From the human T2T-CHM13v2.0 reference genome, Homo sapiens, in the NCBI RefSeq assembly GCF_009914755.1, contig NC_060942.1: DNA of 64,000 bases. The stretch is one strand, 5' to 3'. Position numbers and translations under genes: made by a program. The notes under the pieces are model-generated. The model made no database searches and was not told the DNA's origin. It saw nothing but the letters and a program-made list of their open reading frames with translations. Below, one piece after another: positions 61,033-64,000 of this stretch (its first letter is position 1; every line of letters begins with the position of its first letter).

Positions 61033-61944
61033 GGAAATGGGATGAAGATCCAGGTGTGTGTCCTTCCCGGGGAAATGGGATGGAGATCAAGCTGTGTGTC
61101 CTTCCTGGGGAAATGGGATGGAGATCGAGGTATGTGTCCTTCCAGGGGAAATGGGTGAAGATCGAGGTGCGTGTCCTTCCTGGGGAAATGGGATAAAGAT
61201 CGAGGTATGTGTCCATCCTGGGGAAATGGGATGAAGATCGAGGTGTGTGTCCTTCCTGGGGAAATGGGATGAAGATCGAGGTGTGTGTCCTTCCTGGGGA
61301 AATGGGATGGAGATCGAACTGTGCGTCCTTCCTGGGGAAATGGGATGGAGATTGAGCTCTGTGTCCTTCCTGGGGAAATGGGATGGAGATCGAGGTGTCT
61401 GTCCATCCTGGGGAAATGGGATGAAGATCGAGGTGTGTGTCCTTCCTGGGGAAATGGGATGGAGATCGAGCTGTGCGTCCTTCCTGGGGAAATGAGATGG
61501 AGATCAAGGTGTGCGTCCATCCCGGGGAAATGGGATGGAGATCGAGCTGTGTGTCCTTCCTGGGGAAATGGGATGAAGATCGAGGTGTGTGTCCATCCCG
61601 GGGAAATGGGATGAAGATCGAGGTGTGTGTCCTTCCCCCAGGGAAATGGGATGAAGATCGAGGTGTGTGTTCATCCTGGGGAAATGGGATGAAGATCGAG
61701 GTATGCGTCCTTCCTGGGGAAATGGGATGAAGATCGAGGTGTGCGTCCTTCCTGGGGAAATGGGATGAAGATCGAGGTGTGTGTCCATCCTGGGGAAATG
61801 GGATGAAGATCGAGGTGTGTGTCCTTCCTGGGGAAATGGGAAGGAGATCCAGGTGTGTGTCCTTCCCCCAGGGAAATGGGATAGAGATCTAGGTGTGTGG
61901 CCTTCCCCTGGGGAAATGGGATGAAGATCGAGGTGTGTCCTTCC
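61033..61944. repeat. 38-bp-unit VNTR, 24 copies (GGGGAAATGGGATGAAGATCGAGGTGTGTGTCCTTCCT)
   Basis: 24 GAAATG anchors counted, mostly 38 bp apart (three 40-bp units and one 37-bp unit). Confidence 0.97.
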
Positions 61945-62139
61945 ACTGGCCTCTTATGCACAGTTATGTTATTTCCAGGCAGTCTCTGTGTTCACTCAGG
62001 TTTGAGTGTAAAATCCCCACAACTTTCTGTGTTTATCTCCTGTTTGGTTTCCTTCTTTAACTTATCTTTCTTATTTTTGTGTCTCTTTGCTTCCACATCT
62101 GTGAAGAGTTTAGAGGCACCTGTATAGTTTTAGGGCACA

Positions 62140-62669
62140 GTCCCTGATACTACCCTGACTTCAATGATAAGTTCAGGGGTTCCCAAAGCTGCCCCCAGTT
62201 TCAATAAATGTGCTGGGAGGACTCCCAGAACTCACTGAGCTGGTGTCCTCGTGGCTTTGGTTTGTTACAGGAACAGGACCTGGGTTGTCTGGGGAAGCCA
62301 TGCATAGGTGGCGGTGGGGACGCACACAGGGCTTTTCAGTGTCCTGATCACACGGAGTCAGGAGATGAGACTCTGTCCTCTCTCAACAGCAGGAATGACA
62401 ATGAGCATGGAGATTGTCCAACATGGGAGCTCCCCGAGCTCGGTGTTCAGAGTCTCTACGGGGCCTCCACTACATGGGCGAGGTAAGTCCACCGTTTGGT
62501 CCGTGTGGTTTAGCTCGGTCCCCATGTCAGTGGATCCTGTGCAACCCAATGTCCCCATCTGAATCACCTTTTGCCATCCGGCCAGCCCAAGACCCCCAGG
62601 CAGACAAAGATCATCCTGCAGGAGCCAACCCTACACCTTTTGGGGGCAAAGTTAAGTTCTTTACTACCC
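62140..62669 (-). mobile_element. MER77/MER21-family LTR
   Basis: GGGGTTCCCAAAG...GGACTCCCAGAACTCACTGA...CCCCCAGGCAGACAAAGA...GGCAAAGTTAAGTTCTTTACTAC. Confidence 0.7.
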
Positions 62670-62964
62670 AACACGCAGGAGCTGTCCCTGCGTTAAAGAC
62701 AGTTTATCACCTCCACACAGGAATCCCAGGATGGCATGTCAGTCAAACCTGAATTTGACTACACTGTCACTTAATACCTGTATAATTTTGGATAGTAACT
62801 TAGCTCTGCTCAGCCTTGCTTTTTCACAGTGACAGGCACAGTACCTCAAATGCCGTAGCACTCAGAATTTGTCACCTCACCATGATTATTACAAAGCAAT
62901 CTGTCTCCTTCATGCTACCCTAAAAAGTTATCTAAGACCCTCTGAATTTCATAGATTTCCTCCT

Positions 62965-63240
62965 CCATTCAGCAAACACTCACTGGGCTTTCATCAGCCT
63001 TAGTCTCTCTTTTAAGGGACTGATACATGAATGAAAAAACAGTCTGTACCCACAAGGGGCTTGCACTCTGGTGGAAAGAGAGAGAAGGTAAACAGACACA
63101 CAAATGCACTATTATGAATGCCACAGCAGGTGTTTTTACAAAGGAAAGTACATCTCACTGGTAAAGTTGTGGAGGTTTCAGAAGAAAGAAAACACATGTA
63201 TTAGAACAAAAGATAATTTGCAAAATGAGGAGAGCATTCT
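62965..63240 (-). mobile_element. L2 remnant
   Basis: CATTCAGCAAACACTCACTGGGC...CACAAGGGGCTTGCACTCTGGTGGAAAGAGAGA. Confidence 0.5.
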
Positions 63241-63243
63241 GAG

Positions 63244-63729
63244 TGTGATGGTTGGTTTTATGTGTCTGCTTGATTAGACTAAGGGGTGCCCAGGAAGCTG
63301 GTAAAACATTATTTCTGGGTGTTCCTTTTGGGTGCTTCCAGATGAGATTCTCATTTTACTCAGTAGACTGAATAAATGAGACATCAGCTCTCACCCATAT
63401 GGGGGACCTCTTCAGTCTGTTGAGGCCTAAATAGAGCAAGAAGGCAGTGGAAGGTGAATTCACGCTTTCTGTGAACTGGGATATCCATCTTCTGCTGCTG
63501 GAGTTCCTGGTTCTAAGCCTTTGACCTTGGCCTGAACTACACCATTGGTTCCCTTGGTTCTCAGGCCTTTGGGGTTGGACAGGGCCTTACAGCCCTTGCA
63601 CATGGCAGGTCATGGGACTTCTTGTACTCCGTGATCACATGAGCCAGTTCCTCATAATAAATCTCATCCCTCTCTCTCTCTCTCTCTTCTCTATAGTTCT
63701 GTTTCTCTGGAGAACGCTGGACAGATAGA
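63244..63729 (+). mobile_element. MLT2B-family solo LTR (ERVL)
   Basis: TGTGATGGTTGGTTTTATGTGTC...AGCTGGTAAAACATTATTTCTGGGTGT...AATAAATCTC...TTCTGTTTCTCTGGAGAAC. Confidence 0.9.
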
Positions 63730-63782
63730 AAAGCTTAGGTCTGAAGAGTGAGAAATGCTCACATATTCTCAATCATGCACGT

Positions 63783-64000
63783 TGCTATAGATTGAATTCC
63801 TCCCACCCAAATTCATATATTGAAACCCAACTTTCCAATGTGACTTTAAGAGGAGGTGTGACTCCTGGGAAGGGCATAGGTTAGATGAAGCCATGCATGT
63901 GAGGCCCCCGTGATGAGATCTTATGAAAAGAGGAAGAGACGCCACTGCTCTCTCCTCTCTTTTTGGGCACCTGCCATGAGAAGGCACATTGAGAAGCCAG
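63783..64000 (+). mobile_element. MSTD/MLT1A-like LTR, truncated by the window end
   Basis: TGCTATAGATTGAA...CCAAATTCATATATTGAAACCC...TAGGTTAGATGAAG. Confidence 0.8.

Noticed and set aside
61033-61944. TTCCTGGGGAA in each VNTR unit as a STAT site
   Set aside because: Spacer is 5 nt; STAT sites need TTC-N3-GAA or N4 for STAT6
61004-61961. Repetitive 82-167-aa ORFs and CRISPR-like 38-bp periodicity
   Set aside because: Units are contiguous with no unique spacers, there are no cas genes, and the DNA is primate; the ORFs are VNTR translations

Overview
This is non-coding primate genomic DNA, very probably human, because it carries an AluYa5-lineage element. I find no supportable protein-coding gene, RNA gene, processed pseudogene or CRISPR array; the long ORFs in the track come from microsatellites, VNTRs, Alus and LTRs. 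The window holds six Alus, several L1M fragments, about a dozen solo LTRs (THE1B, THE1C, MST, MLT1, MLT2, MER66-like, MER77/MER21-like, LTR47-like), a Tigger3a and MIR/L2 remnants. It also has many tandem repeats: 38 bp x24, 80 bp x5, a 7-bp repeat with a 126-bp higher-order unit, a ~0.9 kb TG-rich tract and several short duplications. Between these lie about eight repeat-free patches rich in homeodomain, PBX-HOX and MEIS motifs that resemble developmental enhancers. The layout suggests a distal gene desert or large intron near a developmental regulator; this is inference and I did not identify the locus. I could not substantiate a new biological system. The best leads are the putative TALE/HOX enhancer cluster, a microsatellite that multiplies TGACAG sites, a young Alu with 4 of 5 Ya5 diagnostics, and a few candidate unannotated exons. 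Subfamily calls are from recalled consensus sequences and need RepeatMasker/Dfam confirmation.
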